Source: Flectonema sp. DT1601 (taxonomy: Eukaryota). From it: a stretch of 64,000 nt of DNA. The notes under the pieces are model-generated. The model saw only the letters and a program-made list of their open reading frames with translations, searched no databases and was not told the DNA's origin. The position numbers were made by a program, and so were the translations under genes. The DNA is taken from NCBI GenBank assembly GCA_964019425.1, contig OZ025793.1:310001-374000 (forward strand). Direction: 5' to 3'. Position 1 is the stretch's first letter. Each line of letters starts with the position of its first letter. Shown piece after piece: positions 25,483 through 38,939 of the stretch.

Positions 25483-26866
25483 GAGTTGAATTACCAGGTG
25501 AGATTTGGACAGTTAGCTTTTGGCTAAGGCCCTCCCTGAAGAGCAAGAACAGAAAAACTACTCACACCTGAAGAAAGCATACACAAAGAACACACTGTAA
25601 GCTGTGTGTGTATTTTGTGTTTGTCACAACAGGAGAGAAAAGAAAGAATGTCAAGGTTGGTCACCTTGCCTATCAACGCACAACATTGGTGGTCTCTACT
25701 AGACCCTGAGTGATCCCACTGGATCTCTCATCGTTCATAGTACCCTGTGTGAAGTTATAAAATCAAAGGTAAACTATGAACTACAAATGACTTAGCCTGT
25801 TATTATAATGCCACAGGCAGGCCCTGCATTCAGCAACTATCCAGCAGTGCTTGGATGTCCTGATCTTCTTCTAAAAAAAAGAAAGAAAAACAAAACTGTA
25901 GCTGGGATCACTCAGGATCAACAGACTACCAATGCTACCTGTTGTACTTGCTCACTATGGGGGGTGATGCCAAACACCCAGAAGTACTTAACTACTTTCC
26001 TTCTTGCTGCCCAGGAGTTTCTGACCAGAACTAATAGAAAATAAAAAGTAGATGGGAAACAATAAAAAGTAAAATGGATATAACTGAAGTTAAACAAGAC
26101 AAATGAAGTAACAGACCAGAACAGATAGAGAATAAAAATAAAAGATATAGGCAAGAATGATTGTAGTGAAAGATTAACAATAAAAAAAATGCAAGATCAA
26201 CACATGATCAAGATACACCAGCAGCTAACAAACAACATAAAATTGAAGATCAGTTTCCAGAGTATTTCAACCATGGTAGAATACTCGCCCCTCTGGCAGG
26301 GATTATCCCAGACTTGTCCTTTAATCTAGTTGGACACCATGGCTTACAACCCTTCCAGAGGGAAGCACCATTATGACTTCTATTTTTTTCTTCAAGAAAA
26401 TCATAAGGTGGGAACAAAGAAAAATGCTAAGAGGAACCCCTTATTAACACCTAAGACATCTAAACTGCAGCCCAGCTTATGCCCAATGCACTAACAGGTC
26501 ATTCCCTCACACTCAGATCAAAAAATCAAAGTTCAGAGTGCATCTTAGCATGAATGAGAGAAATTTCTCATCGCTTTTTTTGAACAAAAGGGATAGAAGA
26601 GGGGATAGAAAACGAACATAACAATAAAATTCTAAATGAGAAACACTTAGCAGAAACACTTAGCAGCTTTTAAGGAGCTGAAAAGCAAAAAAAAAATCTA
26701 AGTGAGAAACACTTAGTAGAAACAATTCGTAGCTAATTAAGCTGAAAATAAAAAAATAAAAAAATTCTAAGTGAGAAATACTTAGCAACTTTTAGAACAA
26801 ATATTTCAGTAAATAACCTGTAATGATTAAACCATTACAGGTTTGATGTCAAAACTGACAAGGACT
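25483..26866 (-). mobile_element. Full-length family A element (~1.38 kb, non-coding)
   Basis: Collinear with 34656-36014; its 3' end at 25483 carries the CAAAA hairpin. Confidence 0.85.
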
Positions 26867-28418
26867 GAGTTGAATTACCAGGTGAGATTTGGACAGTTAG
26901 CTTTTGGCTAAGGCCCTCCCTGAAGAGCAAGAACAGAAAAACTACTCACACCTGAAGAAAGCATACACAAAGAACACACTGTAAGCTGTGTGTGTATTTT
27001 GTGTTTGTCAAAACAGGAGAGAAAAGAAAGAATGTCAAGGTTGGTCACCTTGCCTATCAACGCACAACATTGGTGGTCTCTACTAGACCCTGAGTGATCC
27101 CACTGGATCTCTCATCGTTCATAGTACCCTGTGTGAAGTTGCGGAAGTGAAGGGAGGGCCGATCCCAAAAGGATCCAGCCCCTATCCCCCCTGTTGATTT
27201 ATTCACTCCTTAGCCTGTTATTATAATGCCACAGGCAGGCCCTGCATTCAGCAACTATCCAGCAGTGCTTGGATGTCCTGATCTTCTTCTAAAAAAAATG
27301 GGCTGCAGTTTAGATGTCTTAGGTGTTAATAGGGGGTTCCTCTTAGCATTTTTCTTTGTTCCCACCTTATGATTTTCTTGAAGAAAAAAAATAGAAGTCA
27401 TAATGTTGCTTCCCTCTGGAAGGGTTGTAAGCCATGGTGTCCAACTAGATTAAAGGACAAGTCTGGGATAATCCCTGCCAGAGGGGCGAGTATTCTACCA
27501 TGGTTGAAATACTCTGGCAACTGATCTTCAATTTTATGTTGCTTGTTAGCTGCTGGTGTAATTAAATCATGTGTTGATACTTGCATTTGTTTATTTGTTA
27601 TCTTTTACTACAATAACGCTTGCTTATCCTTTCTTTTTATTCCCTATCTAATGCCTTTTGTTCAAAAAAAGCGATGAGAAATTTCTCTCATTCATGCTAA
27701 GATGCACTCTGAACTTTGATTTTTTGATCTGAGTGTGAGGGAATGACCTGTTAGTGCATTGGGCATAAGCTGGGCTGCAGTTTAGATGTCTTAGGTGTTA
27801 ATAAGGGGTTCCTCTTAGCATTTTTCTTTGTTCCCACCTTATGATTTTCTTGAAGAAAAAAAATAGAAGTCATAATGGTGCTTCCCTCTGGAAGGGTTGT
27901 AAGCCATGGTGTCCAACTAGATTAAAGGACAAGTCTGGGATAATCCCTGCCAGAGGGGCGAGTATTCTACCATGGTTGAAATACTCTGGCAACTGATCTT
28001 CAATTTTATGTTGTTTGTTAGCTGCTGGTGTATCTTGATCATGTGTTGATACTTGCATTTTTTTATTTGTAATCTTCTATTACAATTCTCTTTCTGTTCT
28101 GATCTGTTACTTCATTTGTCTTGTTTAACTTCAGTTATATCCATTTTACTTTTTATTGTTTCCCATCTACTTTTTATTTTCTATTAGTTCTGGTCAGAAA
28201 CTCCTGGGCAGCAAGAAGGAAAGCAGTTTAGTACTTCTGGGTGTTTGGCATCACCCCCCATAGTGAGCAAGTACAACAGGTAGCATTGGTAGTCTGTTGA
28301 TCCTGAGTGATCCCAGCTACAGTTTTGTTTTTCTTTCTTTTTTTTAGAAGAAGATCAGGACATCCTAGCACTGCTGGATAGTTGCTGAATGCAGGGCCTG
28401 CCTGTGGCATTATAATAA
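26867..28418. mobile_element. Rearranged family A pieces: minus 26867-~27298 (with a family C insert), plus ~27299-27650 and ~27655-28418
   Basis: Repeated blocks identical to A in both orientations. Confidence 0.8.
27141..27208 (+). mobile_element. 68-bp 5'-truncated family C insert
   Basis: Matches 22661-22728 and replaces 34 bp of A (ATAAAATC...AAATGA) when compared with ~34930-34963. Confidence 0.85.
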
Positions 28419-29250
28419 TTTTTTATCGGACTAATTTCTATTTTCCGTTTCTTTTCTTTAAAAAATAAATAAAAAGAATTTAAAATAAAAAAAATGAATA
28501 AACAATGTTATCATTATTTTTTCTATCGATCGACTTTGTCGACTAATTTCTATTTTCCGTTTTTTTTTCTTTAAAAAATTAATAAAAAGAATTTAAAAAA
28601 CAAAAAAAGAATAAACAATGTTATCATTGTTTTTTTATCGATCGACTATGTCGATCACTTTCTATTTTCCGTCCTGGTCAAGACGCTAAACTGAATGTTT
28701 TTTTTTTTTCAAAATTAATAAAAAAGAATATAAAAAAAAAAAATTAAAAAAAAAAAGAATAAACAATGTTATCATTGTTTTTTTTATCGATCGACTCTGT
28801 CGACTAATTTCTATTTTCCGTTTTTTTTTTTTTTCTTTAAAAAATAAATAAAGAGAATTTAATAAAAAAAAAAAAAAGAATAAACAATGTTATCATTGTT
28901 TTTTTTATCGATCGACTATGTCGATTACTTTCTATTTTCCGTCCTGGTCAAGACGCTAATCTGATTGTTTTTTTCAAAATTAATAAAAAAGAATATAAAA
29001 AAAAAATAAAAAAAAAAAGATTAAACAATGTTATCATTGTTTTTTTTATTGTTCGACCTTGTCGACTAATTTCTATTTTCCGTTTTTTTTCTTTAAAAAT
29101 AAATAAAAAGAATTTAAAAAAAAAAAAAAAAAGAATAAACAATGTTATCACTGTTTTTTTATCGATCGACTATGTCGATTACTTTCTATTTTCCGTCCTG
29201 GTCAAGACGCTAAATTGATTGTTTCTTCTAAAAATAAATTAAAAAAAATA

Positions 29251-29281
<31 letters not shown>

Positions 29282-29526
29282 ATAAACAATGTTATCATTG
29301 TTTTTATCGATCGACTTTGTCGACTAATTTCTATTTTCCGTCCTGGTCAAGACGCTAAACTGATTGTTTTTTCTAAAAATAAATAAAAAAAAAAAAAAAA
29401 AAAAAAAGGGAATAAACAATGTTATCATTGTTTTTTTTTATCGATCGACTATGTCGATTAATTTCTATTTTCCGTCCTGGTCAAGACGCTAAACTGATTG
29501 TTTTTTTCTAAAAATTAATAAAAAGA

Positions 29527-29561
<35 letters not shown>

Positions 29562-29935
29562 ATAAACAATGTTATCATTGTTTTTTTATCGATCGACTCT
29601 GTCGACTAATTTCTATTTTCCGTTTTCTTTTTCTTTAAAAAATAAATAAAAAGAATTTTAAAAAAAAAAAAAAAAAAGAATAAACAATGTTATCATTGTT
29701 TTTTTTATCGATCGACTATGTCGATTACTTTCTATTTTCCGTCCTGGTCAAGATGCTAAACTGATTGTTTTTTTTTTAAAAATTAATAAAAAGAATATAA
29801 AAAAAAAAAAAAAAAAAAAAAATGAATAAACAATGTTATCATTGTTTCTTATCGATCAACTTTGTCGACTAATTTCTATTTTCCGTCCTGGTCAAGACGC
29901 TAAACTGATTGTTTTTTCTTTAAAATAATTAAAAG

Positions 29936-29971
<36 letters not shown>

Positions 29972-30516
29972 ATAAACAATGTTATCATTGTTTTTTTTTC
30001 TATCGATCGACTATGTCGATTAATTTCTATTTTCCGTCCTGATCGAGACGCTAAACTGATTGTTTCCTTTTTTTTAAATAATAAAAAAAAAAAAAAAAAA
30101 AAAGAGCATCTCCCTGCTATCCCTCATATCCCCACAATAATATTATACCTTTTCATTTTCTCTTTCCTTTTCTGGTCTTTTTTTTTTTCCTTTTTCATAC
30201 AACGTTTTTTATTTATATATATATTTTTTTTTTTTTTTTTTTTTTTTTCATGTTTGATTATTTCCTCTTCATATTTTTTTTCTTTTTTCTTTTCTTTCTT
30301 TTCTTTCTTTTTTTTTCTTTTTTTCTCTGCCTCTCTCTTAATTCTGTTCGTTTCTTTGAAACGAAAATTCATTTGAATATTATTCCTTGGTCAGCAACCA
30401 TCATTGTCGCCCTTTGGGCCTGTTAAAAAAAATAAAAAGTAAAAAGAAAGTTTACATCGGGAATAGGGCAGGAGCTAAAAGCTCCCAGTCCGTTACTTCC
30501 CACTTTATCGAAATTC
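28419..30516 (+). mobile_element. 5'-truncated copy of the HERO-like 3' region (satellite plus unique terminus)
   Basis: Satellite monomers followed by GAGCATCTCCCTGCTATCC...CCACTTTATCGAAATTC, the same end as at 44879, 49987 and 59233. Confidence 0.85.
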
Positions 30517-30574
30517 ATGATCGGACAGACATAAACATATCGACAAAATAATACAAATAATTTAATACTAATCT

Positions 30575-31197
30575 AGTCAGTTTTGGCATCAAACTTGTAA
30601 TGGTTTAATCATTACAGGTTATTTACTGAAATATCTGTTCTAAAAGTTGCTAAGTATTTCTCACTTAGAATTTTTTTATTTTTTTATTTTCAGCTTAATT
30701 AGCTACAAATTGTTTCTACTAAGTGTTTCTCACTTAGATTTTTTTTTTGCTTTTCAGCTCCTTAAAAGCTGCTAAGTGTTTCTGCTAAGTGTTTCTCACT
30801 TAGAATTTTATTGTTATGTTCGTTTTCTATCCCTTCTCCTATCCCTTTTGTTCAAAATAAGCGGGAGGAAATTCTCTCATTCACGCTAAGATGCACTCTG
30901 AACTTTGATTTTTTGATCTGAGTGTGAGGGAATGACCTGTTAGTGCATTGGGCATAGGCTGGGCTGCAGTTTAGATGTCTTAGGTGTTAATAGGGGGTTC
31001 CTCTTAGCATTTTTCTTTGTTCCCACCTTATGATTTTCTTGAAGAAAAAAAATAGAAGTCATAATGGTGCTTCCCTCTGGAAGGGTTGTAAGCCATGGTG
31101 TCCAACTAGATTAAAGGACAAGTCTGGGATAATCCCTGCCAGAGGGGCGAGTATTCTACCATGGTTGAAATACTCTGGCAACTGATCTTCAATTTTA
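30575..31197 (+). mobile_element. 5' half of family A
   Basis: Reverse complement of ~35382-36007. Confidence 0.85.
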
Positions 31198-32210
31198 TAA
31201 GATTAAACAATGTTATCATTGTTTTTTTTTATCGTTCGACTTTGTCGACTAATTTCTATTTTCCGTTTTTTTTTTCTTTGAAAAATAAATAAAAAGAATT
31301 TAAAATAAAAAAAAAGAATAAACAATGTTATCATTGTTTTTTTATCGATCGACTATGTCGATCACTTTCTATTTTCCGTCCTGGTCAAGACGCTAAACTG
31401 ATTGTTTTTTTTCAAAATTAATAAAAAAAAGAATATAAAAAAATACAAAAAAAAAGAATAAACAATGTTATCATTGTTTTTTTTTATCGTTCGACTTTGT
31501 CGACTAATTTCTATTTTCCGTTTTTTTTTTCTTTAAAAAATAAATAAAAAGAATTTAAAATAAAAAAAAAAGAATAAACAATGTTATCATTGTTTTTTTA
31601 TCGATCGACTATGTCGATTACTTTCTATTTTCCGTCCTGGTCAAGACGCTAAACTGATTGTTTTTTTTTCAAAATTAATAAAAAAGAATATAAAAAAATA
31701 AAAAAAAAAAAGAATAAACAATGTTATCATTGTTTTTTTTTATCGTTCGACTTTGTTGACTAATTTCTATTTTCCATTTTTTTTCTTTTTAAAAATAAAT
31801 AAAAAGAATTAAAAAAAAAAAAAAAAAGAATAAACAATGTTATCATTGTTTTTTTTATCGATCGACTATGTCGATTAATTTCTATTTTCCGTCCTGGTCA
31901 GGACGCTAAACTGATTGTTTTTTCTTTAAAAATAAATAAAAAGAATTAAAAAAAAAATAAAGGAATAAACAATGTTATCATTGTTTTTTTTTATCGATCG
32001 ACTATGTCGATTACTTACTATTTTCCGTCCTGGTCAAGACGCTAAACTGATTGTTTTTTCTTTAAAAAAAAATAAAAAAAAAAAAATAAAATAAAAAATA
32101 AACAATGTTATCATTGTTTTTTTTATATCGATCAACTATGTCGATTACTTTCTATTTTCCGTCCTGATCGAGGCGCTAAACTGATTGTTTCCTTTTTTTA
32201 ATAATAAATA
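31198..32210 (+). repeat. HERO 3'-region satellite (distal monomers)
   Basis: AAACAATGTTATCATTGTTT / ATCGATCGACTATGTCGAT / GTCCTGGTCAAGACGCTAAACTGATTG monomers. Confidence 0.9.
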
Positions 32211-32221
32211 ACATACTTGTA

Positions 32222-32430
32222 CCCCTTTAAAGGGGGCAAAATAAAGGGGAAATTAAAGGGCTTTTAATGCCCTTTAATTTCCGTAATTCCAAAATAAAGG
32301 GGAAATAAAGGGCTTTTAATCCAAATAAAGGGCTTTTTTTCCTTTTTTTCCAAAATAAAGGGGAAATAAAGGGGAAATAAGCGGAATAAAGGGGGGTGAG
32401 AAAGCCCCTTTATTTCCGCTTTATTTATTA
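32222..32430. repeat. AAATAAAGGG(G) repeat block, possible subterminal repeat of the adjacent MULE-like element
   Basis: About 8 copies of AATAAAGGG plus inverted CCCTTTA(T) copies. One inverted copy (CCCTTTATTT) lies at ~33774-33783. Confidence 0.45.
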
Positions 32431-32689
32431 AATCCCAAGGCACCCACCACGCTGCGTCATCCTAAGTCGGAAAGGAAATTACTCGAAAGTCGGGGCAGTT
32501 CGAACGTCAGCATTCACATCAGCAAGCAACCAGTCCTGAGTACTTAAAGAACCCAACCATTACGTGTATCAGTCACAGTCACACTTAGTATAGCGTTAGT
32601 ACAGAGGACACGGATCTGCTATGCAGGGAAGTGACTTGAACTCGTTCAACTAATTAATGTGTGTAGATATAAGCGCCGCGAATTGACGG

Positions 32690-33431
32690 GTTCGTTCGGG
32701 GGAGTGCCACCTCAGCAAACAACCATGCTGTCACACCACTGGGTGAAGGACAATGGGAAGTACGACGAGAACACGGGTGGTTGGTGTGTCTGAAAGATGG
32801 AACATTAGTGTGTGGCTGTCCTGATTTCCTCCGCCACAACCTACCTTGCATCCACACAGTCAGAGTATTGACACATCAGCGCAATAATGTCTTTACTCAC
32901 GAAACCTCTTTGCCTCCCTACACCAGAATGAGCAGCTACAGAGAGCTCTACCGCGTCTCTGTGTACCCACAGGCGATACCTACCGGACAGCTTCAATTCG
33001 ACGGCACGAAACCCCCTGTTGTGCAGAAGGGTGTCGGGAGAAGAAGAAAGGTTCGGATTCGCTCCAACGGTGAATCAAGGACCCTGACGTGCTCCAACTG
33101 CGACGCTAAAGGTCACAACAAACGAAGTTGTCGGAAACCAACCTCGCAATCATCAAAGCCAGCAGCAAAGCCAGCAGCGAAGAAAGCAGCAGCAAAGCCA
33201 GCAGCAAAGCCAGCAGCAAAGCCAGCAGCAAAGCCAGCAGCAAAGCCAGCAGCAAAGCCAGCAGCAAAGAAAGTAGCAGCAAAGCCAGCAGCAAAGACAG
33301 TCAAGAAGAAGCGAAAGCGATGTGAATCCTCTGATTCGGACTCACAATCTTTAAGTGCACAGTCATCCTACTCATCTTACTCAACTTCAACGACAGAGTC
33401 TTACTCAACTTCAACGACAGATTCTGACTGA
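32690..33431 (+). pseudogene. MULE/Mutator-like transposase C-terminal remnant (SWIM finger, CCHC knuckle) with a KPAA-repeat tail
   Basis: SWIM CGCPDFLRHNLPCIH, basic GRRRKVRIRS, knuckle CSNCDAKGHNKRSC and about 9 KPAA repeats. No DDE core or ATG start is visible. Confidence 0.7.
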
Positions 33432-33593
33432 CTTACTGGCCACTGACTTGTTCAACAATGTTTATCCCTCTCTAAAAAGAAAACTCTGATTGCCATATGC
33501 ATGTGTTTTGACACTTTTGCCACGTCTGGTCTTATTTTGAATTGCCTTTGTCACGCTCTCTTTTTCCATCAGGTTTTGGGTAAAAAAAAAAAA

Positions 33594-33666
33594 GGTCGTA
33601 TCGGGATTCGAGCCGGGTACCTCTGGGATATAAGGTGGAGGTACTACCTCTCGACTAACGGGTCGC
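33594..33666 (-). other. Degenerate tRNA-like sequence / Pol III promoter
   Basis: The minus strand has A-box-like TAGTCGAGAGG, a CTTATAT loop, B-box-like GGCTCGAATCC and then T12. The acceptor stem does not pair. Confidence 0.4.
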
Positions 33667-33780
33667 TGTAAAAAAAAGTTTTTTCCCTCTTTTTATTCAT
33701 ATCGGGGTGGGACGTTTTTTTTTTGTGATGAGTTGGCGATTTCGCAAACTATTTTTGTGGAATTAGGGGTTTTCCCTTTA

Positions 33781-34241
33781 TTTTTTAAAGAAAAAAACGG
33801 AAAATAGAAATTAGTCAACAAAGTCGAACGATAAAAAAAACAATGATAACATTGTTTATTCTTTTTTTTTTTTTTTTTTTTTTTTTATATTCTTTTTTAT
33901 TAATTTTGAAAAAAAAACAATCAGTTTAGCGTCTTGACCAGGACGGAAAATAGAAAGTGATCGACACAGTCGATCGATAAAAAAACAATGATAACATTGT
34001 TTATTCTTTTTTTTTATTTTAAATTCTTTTTATTTATTTTTTAAAGAAAAAAAACGGAAAATAGAAATTAGTCAACAAAGTCGAACAATAAAAAAAAACA
34101 ATGATAACATTGTTTATTCTTTTTTTTTTTTTTTTTTTTTTTATATTCTTTTTTATTAATTTTGAAAAAAAAAACAATCAGTTTAGCGTCTTGACCAGGA
34201 CGGAAAATAGAAAGTAATCGATATAGTCGATCGATAAAAAA
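33781..34241 (-). repeat. HERO 3'-region satellite fragment
   Basis: Same monomers, inverted. Confidence 0.9.
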
Positions 34242-34502
34242 GAATTTCGATAAAGTGGGAAGTAACGGACTGGGAGCTTTTGGCTCCTGCCCTATTCCCG
34301 ATGTAAACTTTCTTTTTATTTTTATTTTTTCTTAACAGGCCCAAAGGGCGACAATGATGGTTGCTGACCAAGGAATAATATTCAAATGAATTTTCGTTTC
34401 AAAGAAACGAACAGAATTAAGAGAGAGGCAGAGGAAAAAAAAAAAAAAAGAAAGAAAAGAAAAGAAAAAAAAAAATGAAGAGGAAATAATCAAACATGAA
34501 AA

Positions 34503-34543
<41 letters not shown>

Positions 34544-34655
34544 ATAAAAAACGTTGTATGAAAAAGGAAAAAAAAGAAAAAAAAAAGACCAGAAAAGGAA
34601 AGAGAAAATGAAAAGGTATAATATTATTGTGGGGATATGAGGGATAGCAGGGAGA

Positions 34656-36147
34656 GAGTTGAATTTCCAGGTGAGATTTGGACTGTTAGCTTTTGGCTAA
34701 GGCCCTCCCTGAAGAGCAAGAACAAAAAAACTACCCACACCTGAAGAAAACATACACAAAGAACACACTGTAAGCTGTGTGTGTATTTTGTGTTTGTCAC
34801 AACAGGAGAGAAAAGAAAGAATGTCAAGGTTGGTCACCTTGCCTATCAACGCACAACATTGGTGGTCTCTACTAGACCCTGAGTGATCCCACTGGATCTC
34901 TCATCGTTCATAGTACCCTGTGTGAAGTTATAAAATCAAAGGTAAACTATGAACTACAAATGACTTAGCCTGTTATTATAATGCCACAGGCAGGCCCTGC
35001 ATTCAGCAACTATCCAGCAGTGCTTGGAAGTCCTGATCTTCTTCTAAAAAAAAGAAAGAAAAACAAAACTGTAGCTGGGATCACTCAGGATCAACAGACT
35101 ACCAATGCTACCTGTTGTACTTGCTCACTATGGGGGGTGATGCCAAACACCCAGAAGTACTAAACTGCTTTCCTTCTTGCTGCCCAGGAGTTTCTGACCA
35201 GAACTAATAGAAAATAAAAAGTAGATGGGAAACAATAAAAAGTAAAATGGATATAACTGAAGTTAAACAAGACAAATGAAGTAACAGACCAGAACAGAAA
35301 GAAAATTGTAATAGAAGATTACAAATAAAAAAATGCAAGTATCAACACATGATCAGGATACACCAGCAGCTAACAAACAACATAAAATTGAAGATCAGTT
35401 GCCAGAGTATTTCAACCATGGTAGAATACTCGCCCCTCTGGCAGGGATTATCCCAGACTTGTCCTTTAATTTAGTTGGACACCATGGCTTACAACCCTTC
35501 CAGAGGGAAGCACCATTATGACTTCTATTTTTTTTCTTCAAGAAAATCATAAGGTGGTAACAAAGAAAAAATGCTAAGAGGAACCCCCTATTAACACCTA
35601 AGACATCTAAACTGCAGCCCAGCCTATGCCCAATGCACTAACAGGTCATTCCCTCACACTCAGATCAAAAAAATCAAAGTTCAGAGTGCATCTTAGCGTG
35701 AATGAGAGAATTTCCTCCCGCTTATTTTGAACAAAAGGGATAGGAGAAGGGATAGAAAACGAACATAAAAATAAAATTCTAAGTGAGAAACACTTAGCAG
35801 AAACACTTAGCAGCTTTTAAGGAGCTGAAAAGCAAAAAAAAAATCTAAGTGAGAAACACTTAGCAGAAACAATTTGTAGCTAATTAAGCTGAAAATAAAA
35901 AAAATAAAAAATTTCTAAGTGAGAAATACTTAGCAACTTTTAGAACAAATATTTCAGTAAATAACCTGTAATGATTAAACCATTACAAGTTTGATGCCAA
36001 AACTGACAAGGACTGAGTTGAATTTCCAGGTGAGATTTGGACTGTTAGCTTTTGGCTAAGGCCCTCCCTGAAGAGCAAGAACAAAAAAACTACCCACACC
36101 TGAAGAAAACATACACAAAGAACACACTGTAAGCTGTGTGTGTATTT
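34656..36147 (-). mobile_element. Family A full copy (34656-36014) plus tandem 3' piece (36015-36147) inserted into the HERO terminus
   Basis: Splits GAGCA|TCTCCCTG of the host terminus with no duplication. Confidence 0.9.
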
Positions 36148-36942
36148 TGCTCTTTTTTTTTTTTTTTTTTTTTTTCTTATTTATTATTTAAAAAAAGGAA
36201 ACAATCAGTTTAGCGTCTCGATCAGGACGGAAAATAGAAATTAATCGACATAGTTGATCGATAGAAAAAAAAACAATGATAACATTGTTTATTCATTTTT
36301 TTTTTTTTTTTTTTTTTTAAATCTTTTTAATTATTTTAAAGAAAAAACAATCAGTTTAGCGTCTTGACCAGGACGGAAAATAGTAAGTAATCGACATAGT
36401 CGATCGATAAAAAAAAAACAATGATAACATTGTTTATTCCTTTTTTTTTTTTTTTATTCTTTTTATTTATTTTTAAAGAAAAAACAATCAGTTTAGCGTC
36501 CTGACCAGGACGGAAAATAGAAAGTAATCGACATAGTCGATCGATAAAAAAAAACAATGATAACATTGTTTATTCTTTTTTTTTTTTTTTTATTTTAATT
36601 CTTTTTATTTATTTTTTAAAAAGAAAGAAAATGGAAAATAGAAATTAGTCAACAAAGTCGAACGATAAAAAAAACACAATGATAACATTGTTTATTCTTT
36701 TTTTTTTTATTTTTTTATATTCTTTTTTATTAATTTTGAAAAAAAAAACAATCAGTTTAGCGTCTTGACCAGGACGGAAAATAGAAAGTAATCGACATAG
36801 TCGATCGATAAAAAAAAACAATGATAACATTGTTTATTCTTTTTTTTTTTTATTTTAAATTCTTTTTATTTATTTTTTAAAGAAAAAAAACGGAAAATAG
36901 AAATTAGTCGACAAAGTCGAACGATAAAAAAAAACAATGATA

Positions 36943-37243
36943 CTGCAACTGGAAATATTACTGCGCTGAATAATTACTGCGGGGAAATATTACTGCGCGG
37001 AAAAATTAGTGCGGTTTTTTTGAGAAAAGATTAGTGCAGTTTTTTCCACTTGGTGGTAGAAAAAAAATTGGTTGCTTTTTTGCTGTGTAAGGCACCAGCA
37101 GAAAAATGCAGCTGGAGAAAAATCACTTCTGATCAGAAATATTAGTGCGGTGGAAATATTACTGCGTGGAAAAATTAGTGCGGTTTTTTGCAGATTTGGA
37201 AATTAGTGCGGTTTTTTCCGCGCAGTAATATTTCCAGTTGCAG
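36943..37243. mobile_element. 301-bp MITE, Tc1/mariner-type signature
   Basis: 24-bp TIR CTGCAACTGGAAATATTACTGCGC. TA is duplicated relative to the empty monomer AACAATGATAACATTG. Confidence 0.92.
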
Positions 37244-38939
37244 TAACATTGTTTATTCTTTTTTTTGTATTTTTTTATATTCTTTTTTATTAATTTTGAA
37301 AAAAAAACAATCAGTTTAGCGTCTTGACCAGGACGGAAAATAGAAAGTAATCGACATAGTCGATCGATAAAAAAAACAATGATAACATTGTTTATTCTTT
37401 TTTTTTTTTTTTTTTAAATTCTTTTTATTAATTTTTTAAAGAAAAAAAACGGAAAATAGAAATTAGTCAACAAAGTCGAACGATAAAAAAAAACAATGAT
37501 AACATTGTTTATTCTTTTTTTTATTTTTTTTTTTTAATATTTTTTTTTTATTTTGAAAAAAAAACAATCAGTTTAGCGTCTTGACCAGGACGGAAAATAG
37601 AAAGTAATCGACATAGTCGATCGATAAAAAAAACAATGATAACATTGTTTATTCTTTTTTTTTTTTTTTTTTTTAGATTCTTTTTATTTATTTTTTAAAG
37701 AAAAAAAACGGAAAATAGAAATTAGTCAACAAAGTCGAACGATAAAAAAAAACAATGATAACATTGTTTATTCTTTTTTTTATTTTTTTTTTTTTAATAT
37801 TTTTTTTATTTTGAAAAAAAAAACAATCAGTTTAGCGTCTTGACCAGGACGGAAAATAGAAAGTAATCGACATAGTCGATCGATAAAAAAAACAATGATA
37901 ACATTGTTTATTCTTTTTTTTTTTTTTTTTTTTAAATTCTTTTTATTTATTTTTTAAAGAAAAAAAACGGAAATAGAAATTAGTCAACAAAGTCGAACGA
38001 TAAAAAAAAACAATGATAACATTGTTTATTCTTTTTTTTTATTTTTTTTTTTTAATATTTTTTTTATTTTGAAAAAAAAAACAATCAGTTTAGCGTCTTG
38101 ACCAGGACGGAAAATAGAAAGTAATCGACATAGTCGATCGATAAAAAAAAACAATGATAACATTGTTTATTCTTTTTTTTTATTTTAAATTCTTTTTATT
38201 TATTTTTTAAAGAAAAAAAACGGAAAATAGAAATTAGTCGACAAAGTCGAACGATAAAAAAAAAAACAATGATAACATTGTTTATTCTTTTTTTTTTTGT
38301 ATTTTTTTTAATATTCTTTTTTATTAATTTTGAAAAAAAAAAAACAATCAGTTTAGCGTCTTGACCAGGACGGAAAATAGAAAGTGATCGACATAGTCGA
38401 TCGACAAAAAAACAATGATGACATTGTTTATTCTTTTTTTTTATTTTAGATTCTTTTTATTTATTTTTTAAAGAAAAAAAAAAACGGAAAATAGAAATTA
38501 GTCGACAAAGTCGAACGATAAAAAAAAAAACAATGATAACATTGTTTATTCTTTTTTTTTATTTTAAATTCTTTTTATTTATTTTTTAAAGAAAAAAAAC
38601 GGAAAATAGAAATTAGTCGACAAAGTCGAACGATAAAAAAAACAATGATAACATTGTTTATTCTTTTTTTTGTATTTTTTTATATTCTTTTTTATTAATT
38701 TTGAAAAAAAAAAACAATCAGTTTAGCGTCTTGACCAGGACGGAAAATAGAAAGTGATCGACATAGTCGATCGATAAAAAAAAACAATGATAACATTGTT
38801 TATTCTTTTTTTTTATTTTAAATTCTTTTTATTTATTCTTTAAAGAAAAGAAACGGAAAATAGAAATTAGTCGACAAAGTCGAACGATAAAAAAAAAAAC
38901 AATGATAACATTGTTTATTCTTTTTTTTTTTTTTTTATA

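Noticed and set aside
34860..34915. Hammerhead ribozyme in family A (CTGAGTGA between hairpins)
   Set aside because: It does not match CUGANGA and has no correctly placed GAAA.
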